Positions 10,701 through 19,036 of a DNA stretch of 64,000 bases are shown piece after piece. Origin of the DNA: Candidatus Scatosoma sp. Its GTDB lineage: Bacteria; Bacillota; Clostridia; Christensenellales; Borkfalkiaceae. The notes under the pieces were generated by a model. That model did not search any database. It worked only from the letters and a program-made list of their open reading frames with translations, and was not told the origin of the DNA. A program made the position numbers and the translations under genes. Position 1 is the stretch's first letter, and each line of letters begins with the position of its first letter. The DNA is taken from assembly GCA_045636845.1 (NCBI GenBank), contig JAZTYG010000011.1:1345-65344 (forward strand), written 5' to 3'.

Positions 10701-12503
10701 GTACGATTCGTCTAATTCAATCGTACCCGTACCGAGCGTCGTCAATCTTTGACCGATGGACGCGGAAACGGTACATGTAGGGATTTTCTTACCCGTACCC
10801 AAGGATGCGGAAATTTTACCCGACATGTTGTTGTAAATGATACAAGCAACAGCGCCGTTATCATACGCAGCCTTTTGCTTTTCTTCAAAGGAGGTTTCAC
10901 CACGGCTAACAACCGCGATGCAGTTCCCTTTCGCAAGCTCTGCCTTTACGCTCGTGTTGTAGTTACTAGGTCTACCGTAGCCAGGTACAACAACGAAGTT
11001 GAAGGTCTTTTTCTTTGCACCGTCCAACAATTCTTCTACGAATTTACCCTGTTGGCCGGATGCCATCGAAGATTCGTTAAAGTAAACTGCCGTACCGTCG
11101 CCCAACTGCATAAACGAGGATTTCTGACCGGAAATCGACGCAACGGAAAGAGAGCTAAAATAGGTGGAAGGCGAACCTACCGTCGAGCTGTCGGGGTTGG
11201 AGGTAAGGTTCGTCGAACCATAAGCGCCGCCCATACCCGAGCTGAATTCGTTACCAGCAGCAACAACGAGGTTGATGCCTGCCGCATATACTTTGTCGTA
11301 AACGGTGTTGGTGTAGCTTTGGTCTTCTTCACGAGAGAAACCGCAGGACATACCAAGGGACATATTGATTACATCCGCGCCAACCGTTACACAGTCCGCA
11401 ACAGCCGCCAAAATATCGTCCGTCTGCGCGCCTTTTTCGGTGTTATGGTCGGAGAATACTTTACCGATCATCAATTGTGCATTGGGGGCAACACCGATGA
11501 ACTTCGTGCCGTCCTTGAACGCCTTACCGTCTTCACCCGTAACACTGTCGTCTTGACCTGCGATAATACCAGCAACGTGAACGCCGTGAGAGTTTGCAAT
11601 TGCAAATACATCGGCATCCTTATCTGCATAGTCGTATGCGAAAGGTACTTTTTCGTTATAGTAAACATCTTCCGCGGTGACATTTTTCGCCGCGCCCGTT
11701 TCGCTCGCATTCAAACGGTCAAATACCGCTTCCACTTCGCTGTATTCAAGCTTTTCCGTGCCTGCAGGAGGCATCGTCTTGAATGCGTTATGCGCGATAT
11801 CGAAACCGCTGTCGAGTACGGCAACCAACATGCCGTTACCCGAATATCTATCTGCAACATCCGAGGAATCGTAAATACCCGTACCATATACGTCTACGAT
11901 GTTGATGGTAGGTTCTACGGTGGGTTGTGCATATACTTCGGAAAGGATGATGTTCTTGACACCGTCAATTTTGCTAATGGCTGCAACGTCTTTGGAGTCC
12001 ACCTCAATCGAAATTGCGTTCATAATGGAAGTATAGCCGTGACGATATTCATACGAAACAGACGTTTTATTCAACGCCTTAATAAAGCTATTTTGTTCCT
12101 CTTCCAAAACTTTCGCATAGGATACCCCTGCAGGATCATTCACATACGCGGTGAAATCTACGTAGCTTTTCTGCAATTTGGAGCTGCCTAAATAGAGATC
12201 TAACTGCGATTGCGATTCAAACTCTACAATAATTCTACGAGAGCCATCGCTTTCGCTGTTCAAAGTGGTCGCAGCATTCACCAAGTCATTGTTGAAGAAC
12301 TGCGAATTGTCAAGGGCAGACACATATTTATCCGAAACATCCGTCAAAGTGTTGGAGCTGAACGCCGAACCGGTATGCATATTCCCATTGCTTCCATTTT
12401 GCATATTTTGAACAGGCACCTGCAAAGTCACCGAAGAGGTCATTACCGCAACCAAAGACAGCGATAACATTGCAAGTCCGATTTTTTTCGTTGTATATTT
12501 CAA
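4764..12503 (-). CDS. 2579-aa chimera: subtilisin-family (S8) cell-envelope protease (I9-like prodomain, PA insert, Fn3-like domain) fused to Big_2 domains and a BspA-type LRR solenoid
   Basis: TTG start with AAGGAG 8 nt upstream. Signal peptide KKIGLAMLSLSLVAVMTSS. Catalytic motifs: VAVLDSGFD (D231), SHGVHVAGIIAG (H306), AAGNE (N418), SGTSMASPNMAG (S647). PA-like insert at aa ~470-600. LSIPYLTFYGDW (Fn3_5 of C5a-peptidase/lactocepin type). Big_2-like AVGEGTATITAQP and KKTGGVSILLSSP. LRRs span aa ~1555-2440. Confidence 0.85.
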   Translation of the reverse strand: MKYTTKKIGLAMLSLSLVAVMTSSVTLQVPVQNMQNGSNGNMHTGSAFSSNTLTDVSDKYVSALDNSQFFNNDLVNAATTLNSESDGSRRIIVEFESQSQLDLYLGSSKLQKSYVDFTAYVNDPAGVSYAKVLEEEQNSFIKALNKTSVSYEYRHGYTSIMNAISIEVDSKDVAAISKIDGVKNIILSEVYAQPTVEPTINIVDVYGTGIYDSSDVADRYSGNGMLVAVLDSGFDIAHNAFKTMPPAGTEKLEYSEVEAVFDRLNASETGAAKNVTAEDVYYNEKVPFAYDYADKDADVFAIANSHGVHVAGIIAGQDDSVTGEDGKAFKDGTKFIGVAPNAQLMIGKVFSDHNTEKGAQTDDILAAVADCVTVGADVINMSLGMSCGFSREEDQSYTNTVYDKVYAAGINLVVAAGNEFSSGMGGAYGSTNLTSNPDSSTVGSPSTYFSSLSVASISGQKSSFMQLGDGTAVYFNESSMASGQQGKFVEELLDGAKKKTFNFVVVPGYGRPSNYNTSVKAELAKGNCIAVVSRGETSFEEKQKAAYDNGAVACIIYNNMSGKISASLGTGKKIPTCTVSASIGQRLTTLGTGTIELDESYKAGPFMSDFSSWGPTNDLRIKPEITAHGGEITSAVVGGYAINSGTSMASPNMAGAVTLLRQHVSENYGLTGIALANRVNHLLMSTATIVYDENGLPYAVRKQGAGLGDIGKAINTDAFLYVENSAKAKLELGDDPAKTGVYTMHFRVNNTSNKTKTYALDVLAMTESVSIDNITVEEKAYMFENAQKHFYVNGKSVGDTLTLEGGKDVEVTVTLALSASDKAYMNENFANGIYVEGFVALTDLDSENAVDLSIPYLTFYGDWEEAPHFDKSAYEVSKDKYDSSIKDEDKTVAAIYESVAIGRAYKEYSEFYLPLGQYLYTMENDADPGIEASSDKIAVGNSYYGIYEFYAMYMGMLRAVGEMDLCVTNAATGEVVYSKTEYGVRKSHNAGPSVVEFEMNVYEMGLLNNEKYTVTMTAHIDEGVVETKEFTFYVDYQAPMIKSSQVRYEDNGDGTRKAFLDLELYDNHYPQSVQLFVPISDTEADFLMTYPIPVKNPVRDGVTKISINITDYMENFTGALNGQYSQASGEWSNMIGVRIDDYALNASAYIVSPNTTIVDEVEFEYTYKDASNKEVTASLRDETVVLRPNQSVDLSKDLVTVEGANGTVSGKMSTSMVSYTAFVCENKDAHGVACGFTYNETQAFTYTKGQYYYDAETGTVMQKEADDTEATYDAYTRFYDVIAEPVVRNGSRYVQPESKHFVCPACGAEEVFTFNTRTGKITTKTFKCVVQDPMIYDVKFKTSDKAVVEVRNGYLYAVGEGTATITAQPSHWADDSNNFVFHVKVEGDAMPLFLEELTVGAYDNHTKEVSRDVTGGGISVDCGTELTLYPSFKPWYVTSVPDLTWEVSDSEVAEILESDANSARVLCKKTGGVSILLSSPSNGLIGTFTIIIGEEYNLTSYYFREYKGIGYSEKYTDENGNERKMLVIPANLGIYVMGTYSSGVSYDGTFEDLQTLDTVVVPQGVNSLGAYCFRNTSLRRIYLPSSIEHISSSAFSGCKNLEEVYWYDAGEDSDSGIEYDADNNTYNWDVFYANASEKCTATRIVLQYSAFSSCQKLKVFDFSRVTAAFNGAFSGCKAIEHVDLSNLRYAGSNIFNNCTALKTVTLHDDTVLASGTFMSTGIETINFGGSIVADGVFKSMKNLKKIVFNNDVESIGANAFEGCTALTSVEFNGSCLNIGASAFKGCTALTEFTIPAGVEKIGDKAFDGCTKLATVKVDGMSNITEVGFNVFTGCNALTTVEVVGNGAAGKYATETSGAYSMLTNANGTVVLLAPSAYPLTSTGNIFTVPTMVGDTELKAISKYAYANNVSLNGKEVVIPEGIETIGAGAFRNTGITKVVVPSSVTKIDPYAFAECPNLETVILLCDLEEIPAYAFYNSKKLTNVQLPGSLKTVGDYAFMATDIRSLYIGENVESIGFEAFRDCAALAELNFAKQSTLKVIGQAAFSGCRSLQKVIMPDTVEVLKYSAFVGCYALEEVYVSAGLQVMESYVFSACPVLTTFTMGNGAKMLGDYAFYTPGTTSGSFYYHSALANVTIPDSVETIGAYAFAGNSVMEEITLNGVTEIGEGAFMYATGLNRLNHNGALKRIGANAFIGSAIRNIDLEDVEYFGAQAFLGTKFLINNTAGKLTLNAIEIGAGAFYNCSNIKRIDLTQVEVLGDMAFATEQPANATITEVSLGKKLVSMGATVFYNQAIVSISLPETLKEIAEPAFVGCAGLQIISVAAKNKTFFVDVQTTSEGKKVYGLYKTLDNGTYELVAVPNNTRMDKIDEGYLEGNDFDYNNLEPFKILEGTSRISAWAMGHCKYIHAVEIPASVKTIGPYAFFNMGYGVLELNQQLAATSRVPFTKFIFKGLQAPIIESSYNEESSALDQMYATFVYTAGYLMSDMIIPVNAKGFESIIYQLFFMEKYYSEELMETSTQNLLDWLTALDVEALTLEDEAVVNEMNMIYFIMSETQKAFISEELTNKLTAAVEKIAALKA
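10433..11903 (-). other. S8 peptidase catalytic region (with PA-domain insert) of the 2579-aa protein
   Basis: Codons checked on the sequence: D231 = gac at 11813-11811, H306 = cac at 11588-11586, S647 = agt at 10565-10563. Order D-H-(N)-S as in subtilases. Confidence 0.8.
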
Positions 12504-12533
12504 TGTCGTATCTCCTTAATTTGAGATTTTTTT

Positions 12534-12636
12534 GCAGCCATTCGCATCGGGCTGCGTCATCTTCCTTCCCTATCAATCTACGCCGCCTGCGTAGAGTATT
12601 TTCCCTCGGCAAGCGCAGCTTTCTACGCCTGCCGAG
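12534..12636 (-). promoter_or_regulatory. three stacked GC-rich hairpins in the 155-nt spacer upstream of the S8-LRR gene
   Basis: GCAGCC/GGCTGC (12534-12555). CTACGC/GCGTAG (12578-12594). CTCGGCAAGCGC/(G)CGCCTGCCGAG (12605-12636, 11 bp with one G-U on the minus-strand RNA). TCTACGCC occurs twice (12577, 12622), which allows alternative pairings. No U-tract. Confidence 0.45.
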
Positions 12637-12658
12637 TGTAAAATATACTTAATTTTTG

Positions 12659-15600
12659 TTAAGCTTCAAGCGCTTCACATGCCGTTTTGTAGAATGTGAA
12701 AAGATCGCCGAAGTAGTTGGTGAAATCGTCCACCGCTTTTACAAGAAGCGCGTCGGGGCTATCCTTCGCCTTTTCCGCTTCTACACTTGCAACCAAGTCG
12801 TTGTATTGCGTCATCAATTCCGCAAACTTGTCTTCCAACATTTGCTTGTAGGTTCTTACACCTTCCACGCCGTCGGGATCGTTCGTGTAATATACATACA
12901 TCATTTGTACTTCCATCAACTTTTCAACAAGCGTACCGATATTCGTGTTGCGTTCCTTTGCGAAACGGATATACGAACTCATGTACATACGAAGGTGAGA
13001 GTCTAATACATAGATGAAGTATTTTTGATCGTTGCTCAATGCTTGGAAATCATCAAGCAATTGCATCATGGTTTCTTCGTCTGCGAAGTACTTGTAGTTA
13101 GGATCAGAGTCAGGACGAAGGTTCATATTGATATATGCGCCGTACAAGTACGAAGCATCCGCAAGGAAATCTCTAACGTCAAGCTCAAGATAGCTATCCC
13201 ATACAAGGTTGCCTGCCTTCAAATAGGAAGCACCCGTCAACGCATCTACATACGCGTCACGAATATACCATACAAGGAAGTCCATCGTGCCGCCCCAGGT
13301 CAAGGGTGCCCAGCCACCGCTGTAAGGATCGGGCAAATACACGTTTTCGATCGACATTTCATCGTAGTAGTACGCATTCAAAATGCGAGGATCTGCGCTA
13401 GACAAAATCTTGTTGGAGATACGTTCAACCTCTTCCATTGCCGCATAGAAAGCAACCGCAAGGTTTACCTTACCTGCCTGCATATTTGCTTGGTAAAGCA
13501 TCATCATCTTATACGCTTCGCTAGTTGCTACCAACAAGTCTTCGAAGTCCTGCTTTTCCGTCTTGGACAATTCTTCCGTCTTGTAGGTACCGTTCTGCTG
13601 TCTTAAACCTGCAAACTTCGTTTCCAAAGCTTGATATTTAAGAACAAGCCAGTCTGCAACATCGTTGAACGCTTCCCAGTCCTCTCTATCCACATTGTCA
13701 ATTGCTTCGTTTACAATGTCCATAGCCGCCAAGAAGCTACCGTAGGAGCTTGCAACTTGAACATTTGCAAGAGTTTCCGACGCCAACATCAATTGACTGA
13801 AGATTATGTGCGTGCTTTCGGGCAAGATTTCGTAGTAATATTCGTAAATCAATGCCGCGAATTGATTGTGATAGGTTTCACCATCCGTTTCCCAAGCGTA
13901 CAAGGGATAACGGCCATTTGCACTAGGTCTGTAATGAGGGTGCAACATTTCCATAAACGCGAATTGCTGTTTAGGGGACAATTCCAAATAATCTTTCAAA
14001 AGACCTTCCACATCCGCATCATAATCTGCGCTGTTACGATATTCTTCGTCTGCGTAGTTGATCAAAACGGACATGTAATCATTCCAAAGCTCTTCAAATT
14101 CCGCAATACCCAGGTACGCGTTGAAGTGATGGAGATAACCCATAGGCGCCGTACGGAAGTTGGTAAACAACTGATCAAAGGTGCTCAATTTGTAACCGCC
14201 CTGTCCATCGCCGATCAAGTAGTCAAATTCTAAGGTGTTGTAGAGGTCAATCCACATTTCGTTGCCAGAGGCCAAGATTTCTGCTCTCTTTTCCAACGCC
14301 TTATCGTAGGAATACATAAATTGCGAAGATTCAAACAACTGGTAGTTTTGCATATAAACAATGCAGTTTTTTGCTTCCAACATATAGTTGTACAAAACTT
14401 CCAACTCGCCAGGCAAACGCAAATCCTTGAAATCGTTTACCTTCTTCGCTTCGTATGGATCTTCGTGGTTGTAGTAATATTCGTAGAGAATTTCGAAGTA
14501 GTCATTCTTCGCTCTCCAGTTGCTTACAAGGAGATAAAGCGATCTGTGCTGCGTTGCGGTGTAACCCGTTTCATAGAGAATTACCCACGCGCTTTGAAGC
14601 TCATCTGCATATTCCGATCTCAAAAGATCCAAGGTCCAATCGTCAGGGATATCCTTCAACGCATTGTGCAAGCCGATCATCAAACCGAGCTGTTCTGCAA
14701 ATTCGTCCATAACTTCGGGCGAATATACAGGCGCGAGCGTGTCCGAAATGGTAATGTCTTCATCTTCGAAAATAACAACATCAGCGAATTTTTCCTTGAT
14801 TTGAAGAAGGAGCTGTGCATCCTCATACAAGATGGGATCTTTATTCAAAAGATTTTGATATGCTGCTTCCGTCAAGGCAACATCGCGGCAATCCCAACGA
14901 AGGGTACCCTCTTCACTCAAATAGAAAGCATCTTTATATGCCGCAAAAGCATCTTTCCACTTGTTCAACCCGTACATGGTAGCCACCTTTGCGATTGCCT
15001 GTACATTTTCTTCATCAATCTTGGTGGTTTCCGAATCGGGCATTTCAAAATATACCTGCATCGCTTCAATGGCGTTTTCACCCATCGTATCGGTAACCGC
15101 ATCGGGCAATGTATTACCCGTCCAGTTCAACGATTTCATTTCGCCTGCGCGCAAGTTAATCAAGGATAAGTCGCTAAACTTAATCTGTACGGTATAGGTT
15201 TTCGTATAACCCATATAGGTTACGGTAAGCGTTTGTTCCAACGGGGTTTCACGGTGTGCAACCGTAGCCAAACCAGGGTTGAAGCCACTAACCATATCCT
15301 CAGTCAATTCTTGATATCTCGTCAATTTTTCCGACTTCAACGAAATATAACCGCCCGATACATCCAAGTCGGTGTCGTGGTTGTTATAGAATTTCTTATT
15401 CGGCGCGTTAAAGTCAACCGTTTCAACGGCATATACCGCAACCTTGAAGCTTACCGAATAGGAAACGCCGTCCTTTGCATAGGTTGCCGTAAGGGACAAC
15501 GCGTCGTTTGCTTCCGTCGAGTCATAGCCCGTAATGGTGATGGTTTCGTCTTCCATCGGAACAACAAACGAAGTACCATCGTCGTTGGTGATGGTGAAAT

Positions 15601-16084
15601 CACCCTTTTCCATATTGATAGGCTCGCCTACAAAGTAAGCGCTTTCGTATTGTGCAGCAACCATACGAGGAACAACCGTAACCTTCAAAAGGGTCGTTTG
15701 TTCTTCGTATTCTACCGTCAATACCTGTTCGCCTAATTTATTTTTATCATAACCAGTGATGGTGATGTCAGGGTCGTCCAAATCAATTTCCTGTTTTTCA
15801 CCTTTGATTACTACGGTAAGCTTAGCACCCGTGAGGTTCAAATCGCTGCCTAATACATAAGTGGTTTGAGGCATATTTTTCTTGGCGATATCAATGTTTT
15901 CAACCTTTTTTCCGCCGCCTACAAGACAGATCACGCCAACAATTACAGCAACCAAAACCGCTGCAATCGAGGAAAAGATAATCGCTTTTTTCTTAACGCT
16001 CCAATCCTTGAACGATTGACCGCTGGATTTCGGCGTTTTGCCTTGCTCCATTACATCAAACTTTTCATCATAGTTGTTAGCCAT
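12659..16084 (-). CDS. signal-anchored 1141-aa protein: 3x Big_3-type Ig repeats + ~800-aa helical region of unknown family
   Basis: Signal-anchor AIIFSSIAAVLVAVIVGVICLV. Ig repeats: YVLGSDLNLTGAKLTVVIKGE...VLTVEYEEQTTLLKVTV, YFVGEPINMEKGDFTITNDDG..., ...TLTVTYMGYTKTYTVQIKF. The rest is Y/E/L/A-rich and apparently all-helical, and I recognise no family in it. Confidence 0.75.
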   Translation of the reverse strand: MANNYDEKFDVMEQGKTPKSSGQSFKDWSVKKKAIIFSSIAAVLVAVIVGVICLVGGGKKVENIDIAKKNMPQTTYVLGSDLNLTGAKLTVVIKGEKQEIDLDDPDITITGYDKNKLGEQVLTVEYEEQTTLLKVTVVPRMVAAQYESAYFVGEPINMEKGDFTITNDDGTSFVVPMEDETITITGYDSTEANDALSLTATYAKDGVSYSVSFKVAVYAVETVDFNAPNKKFYNNHDTDLDVSGGYISLKSEKLTRYQELTEDMVSGFNPGLATVAHRETPLEQTLTVTYMGYTKTYTVQIKFSDLSLINLRAGEMKSLNWTGNTLPDAVTDTMGENAIEAMQVYFEMPDSETTKIDEENVQAIAKVATMYGLNKWKDAFAAYKDAFYLSEEGTLRWDCRDVALTEAAYQNLLNKDPILYEDAQLLLQIKEKFADVVIFEDEDITISDTLAPVYSPEVMDEFAEQLGLMIGLHNALKDIPDDWTLDLLRSEYADELQSAWVILYETGYTATQHRSLYLLVSNWRAKNDYFEILYEYYYNHEDPYEAKKVNDFKDLRLPGELEVLYNYMLEAKNCIVYMQNYQLFESSQFMYSYDKALEKRAEILASGNEMWIDLYNTLEFDYLIGDGQGGYKLSTFDQLFTNFRTAPMGYLHHFNAYLGIAEFEELWNDYMSVLINYADEEYRNSADYDADVEGLLKDYLELSPKQQFAFMEMLHPHYRPSANGRYPLYAWETDGETYHNQFAALIYEYYYEILPESTHIIFSQLMLASETLANVQVASSYGSFLAAMDIVNEAIDNVDREDWEAFNDVADWLVLKYQALETKFAGLRQQNGTYKTEELSKTEKQDFEDLLVATSEAYKMMMLYQANMQAGKVNLAVAFYAAMEEVERISNKILSSADPRILNAYYYDEMSIENVYLPDPYSGGWAPLTWGGTMDFLVWYIRDAYVDALTGASYLKAGNLVWDSYLELDVRDFLADASYLYGAYINMNLRPDSDPNYKYFADEETMMQLLDDFQALSNDQKYFIYVLDSHLRMYMSSYIRFAKERNTNIGTLVEKLMEVQMMYVYYTNDPDGVEGVRTYKQMLEDKFAELMTQYNDLVASVEAEKAKDSPDALLVKAVDDFTNYFGDLFTFYKTACEALEA

Positions 16085-16131
16085 TTTGTTTCCTTCCTTC
16101 TTAAAAAGTCCACATGATATACATCATGTTA

Positions 16132-18927
16132 TTATTCCGCAGCTTTCGTCCAAATTGCGTATAATGTGGTATTGTTTTCTGCAGTTGCAACGGTTTCCAT
16201 CGTGTAATCCACAGTCTTGCTGCCCTGCGTCTTCGTCCAACCGCCGAAAGTGTAACCTTCGCGCGTAGGAGCAGCCATACCGTTGGTTGCAACGCTGTTG
16301 GTGAGCGAGGTTGCCGTCTTTACGAAGGATACAACGTAGCTGTTGTCTTCGGACAAGGTGCAGCCCCATACAACAGGTCTGTACGAAGTGTTCCATTGAC
16401 CAAGCCAGTTCATAGGTCTGCTTGCGTATTCGGTGTAGAAGGTTGCATTGTTGCAGCCGTTGAATACGTGCTTGCCAATCGTGGTAATGTGGTCTGCCAA
16501 GATTACGCTCTTCAAACCGTTACAGTTTCTAAACGCGTAATCGGAGATGGTCGTCAAGCTTTCGGGAAGCATTATGCTTTCCAAACCAGCGCAACCGTAG
16601 AAAGAATATCTGCCGATTTCTTTCAAACCGTTGTTAAATTCAATCTTCGTCAACGCTGCACAATCTCTAAACGCATAATTGCCGATCTTTTCCAAGGATG
16701 CCGACAACTTCACATTCGTAAGCGCCGTACAACCGTAGAAGGTATAATTGCTAAGCTCCGTCAAACCGTCGCCAAGCTCTACGCTGGTCAATCCAATGCA
16801 CTTGTAGAAGACATGCGTACCAAGCGTGGTCAAGCTGTCGGGAAGTACAAGTTCCGTCAATGCCGTACATTGATAGAATGCACGGTTACCGATCGACTGC
16901 AACGCACTGTCCCCTTCCTCCGTCGTTTCGAAGGTCAAGCTAGCAAGCGCGTTACACTTGTAGAATGCGAACTCGTCAATCATTTCAACCGATGCTGGAA
17001 TCGTTACCTGCGTCAAGGCATAGCACTTGTTGAATGCGGAGTAGCCGATTTTCTTTACCGATTTAGGAATGTAGATTTCGGGCAAGGCGGAGCATTGATA
17101 GAAGGTGAATTCTTCAATGATTTCCAAATCCAAGGGCAACATGATTTGCGTCAAGCTCATACAGTTGTAGAACGCGCAACGGCCGATGAATTTAACCGAT
17201 TCGGGCATCGTTACGGTATTCAATGCCACCGCGCCGTAGAAAGCGTAGTCCGCAATACCGCGCGTACCTTCTTCGATGTGTACAAATTCCATCGCGTCGT
17301 TTACACAGCCAACCAACCAGTTACCGATATATACCCAAGAAATAGAGTTGTTCCACGCTTTCGTTGCTTCGAAGGCATAGGTACCGATACGCTTCAAGGA
17401 GTCGGGGAATTTTTCCACCGCTTTCCCGTTGATAAAGGTCGTTACACCGCTCTTATCTAAACGTTCACAAGCCTGGAATGCGTAGTTGTCGATAAGTTCC
17501 AACCCTTCTTTTGCCGTTACATAGGCAAGGTTTTTACATTTTGCAAACGCATACTTGCCGATTACCTTCAAGTTTGCGCTCATTTCCACAGCGGAAATAT
17601 ATTGACAATCGTAGAATGCGTAGTCACCAACATAACGAATGGTGTCGGGTAATTTAACCGCCCAACCGCTCGTCGTCCATTCCTTATCGCATTGATAGAA
17701 TGCACGGTCTGCGATACCTACTGCGTTATCGGGGATTGCAAAGCTCGCATCCCCTTCAATGGGTACATTGGGACCAAGCACCCAACCGTCAATGGTGATG
17801 ATGCCAGGAGCAAAGAGCCAAACAAACGTGTTTTGGAATGCACCTGCGCCGAGGGAGGTCAAATTGTCGCTCAAATCAATCGACGCCAACATTACGCAGT
17901 TGATAAATGCGCCTTTACCGATGGTTTCTACCGAATTCGGAATCGCAATTGCAGGAAGCGACGCGCAACCCGAGAAAGCATATTCATCAATCGTCTTGAT
18001 GTTATTACCGAACATTATGCTCGTCAAAGCGGAGCAGTTCAAGAACGCATATTGAGGAATGGTTTCCACACTGTTACCGATCGTCAATTTGGTCATCGCA
18101 ACATTTTCCGCAAATGCGTATTCCCCGATGGTTTTTACCGTGTCAGGAATTTCAACATTGTCCAACTTGTCGCAGTTCGAGAATGCGTAAGTGCCGATTT
18201 CGGTCAAACCGCTGGGCATTACAACTTTTTCCAAGCTACGGCAATATGCGAAGGTGTAGTTGCTAATCAATTTCAAATTTTTAGGTAACTTTACTTCCGT
18301 CAAGGTACGGCAGCCTTGGAATGCGTATGCGCCAATCTCCGTAACGGATTCTTTGATGTCAACGCTTTCCATCAACGCGCAGTTATAGAACGCGCGCATG
18401 CCGATCGAACGGATATTTTTACCAAGCGTAACCGACTTGATATCCTTACTCTTGTTAGCGAACGCCATATCACCGATTTTGGTAACGGGTTTTCCGCGGT
18501 AGGTATCGTCGATTACAACGTCGCCCGACGCCGAACCCAAACCTCTTACCTCGTATTCGGTGTTATTATTAATTAAAGAGTACGACAAGCCAGATTCTCT
18601 TACACGCTTATATTCATACGCTTTCGACCAGTCGGAATCTTCAAGCTCTTCGTTATCGCTAATCGCCTGTACCACAATGACATAATCGCCGGGCACCAAC
18701 GGATCCAAGGGATACGAAGGCTTTTTGCTCACGTATTCTTCATTATTTACCAAAATTTTATATCCTCTCGCTTCCTTAATAGGATCCCACGACAAGGACA
18801 GAGTTGCTTCGTCTACCTTAAAGGTCTTGATATCGGGCGTGGCAATTTTATCGGTGCCGCAGCAAGCCAATATCATCAAGCAACTTATGATAAAACTCAA
18901 AACAATGAGTATTCTAAATTTCTTCAT
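16132..18927 (-). CDS. surface lipoprotein: Fn3-like module + BspA-type LRRs + C-terminal InlB B-repeat
   Basis: The track ORF opens at 18978, but GGAG 7 nt before ATG 18927 gives MKKFRILIVLSFIISCLMILACCG (lipoprotein signal). Fn3-like KTFKVDEATLSLSWDPIKEARGYKILVNN. About 650 aa of IG..AF..C..L..V.LP repeats. C-terminal REGYTFGGWTKTQGS...TLYAIW. Confidence 0.85.
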   Translation of the reverse strand: MKKFRILIVLSFIISCLMILACCGTDKIATPDIKTFKVDEATLSLSWDPIKEARGYKILVNNEEYVSKKPSYPLDPLVPGDYVIVVQAISDNEELEDSDWSKAYEYKRVRESGLSYSLINNNTEYEVRGLGSASGDVVIDDTYRGKPVTKIGDMAFANKSKDIKSVTLGKNIRSIGMRAFYNCALMESVDIKESVTEIGAYAFQGCRTLTEVKLPKNLKLISNYTFAYCRSLEKVVMPSGLTEIGTYAFSNCDKLDNVEIPDTVKTIGEYAFAENVAMTKLTIGNSVETIPQYAFLNCSALTSIMFGNNIKTIDEYAFSGCASLPAIAIPNSVETIGKGAFINCVMLASIDLSDNLTSLGAGAFQNTFVWLFAPGIITIDGWVLGPNVPIEGDASFAIPDNAVGIADRAFYQCDKEWTTSGWAVKLPDTIRYVGDYAFYDCQYISAVEMSANLKVIGKYAFAKCKNLAYVTAKEGLELIDNYAFQACERLDKSGVTTFINGKAVEKFPDSLKRIGTYAFEATKAWNNSISWVYIGNWLVGCVNDAMEFVHIEEGTRGIADYAFYGAVALNTVTMPESVKFIGRCAFYNCMSLTQIMLPLDLEIIEEFTFYQCSALPEIYIPKSVKKIGYSAFNKCYALTQVTIPASVEMIDEFAFYKCNALASLTFETTEEGDSALQSIGNRAFYQCTALTELVLPDSLTTLGTHVFYKCIGLTSVELGDGLTELSNYTFYGCTALTNVKLSASLEKIGNYAFRDCAALTKIEFNNGLKEIGRYSFYGCAGLESIMLPESLTTISDYAFRNCNGLKSVILADHITTIGKHVFNGCNNATFYTEYASRPMNWLGQWNTSYRPVVWGCTLSEDNSYVVSFVKTATSLTNSVATNGMAAPTREGYTFGGWTKTQGSKTVDYTMETVATAENNTTLYAIWTKAAE

Positions 18928-18990
18928 TTTCTTCTCCATGAAAATTTTTAACAAATTTTCGACAGTAACGTTTTGCAACTTTTGCGCCTT

Positions 18991-19024
18991 GCGGGTTGAA
19001 GCGAAGCATCCCTCGCTTCAACCG
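18991..19024 (-). promoter_or_regulatory. strong 13-bp intercistronic hairpin without U-tract
   Basis: GCGG(G)TTGAAGCGA (18991-19004), loop AGCATCCC, TCGCTTCAACCGC (19012-19024). Lies between the VWA gene stop (19037) and the LRR lipoprotein start (18927). Confidence 0.5.
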
Positions 19025-19036
19025 CAAACGCCTTTC

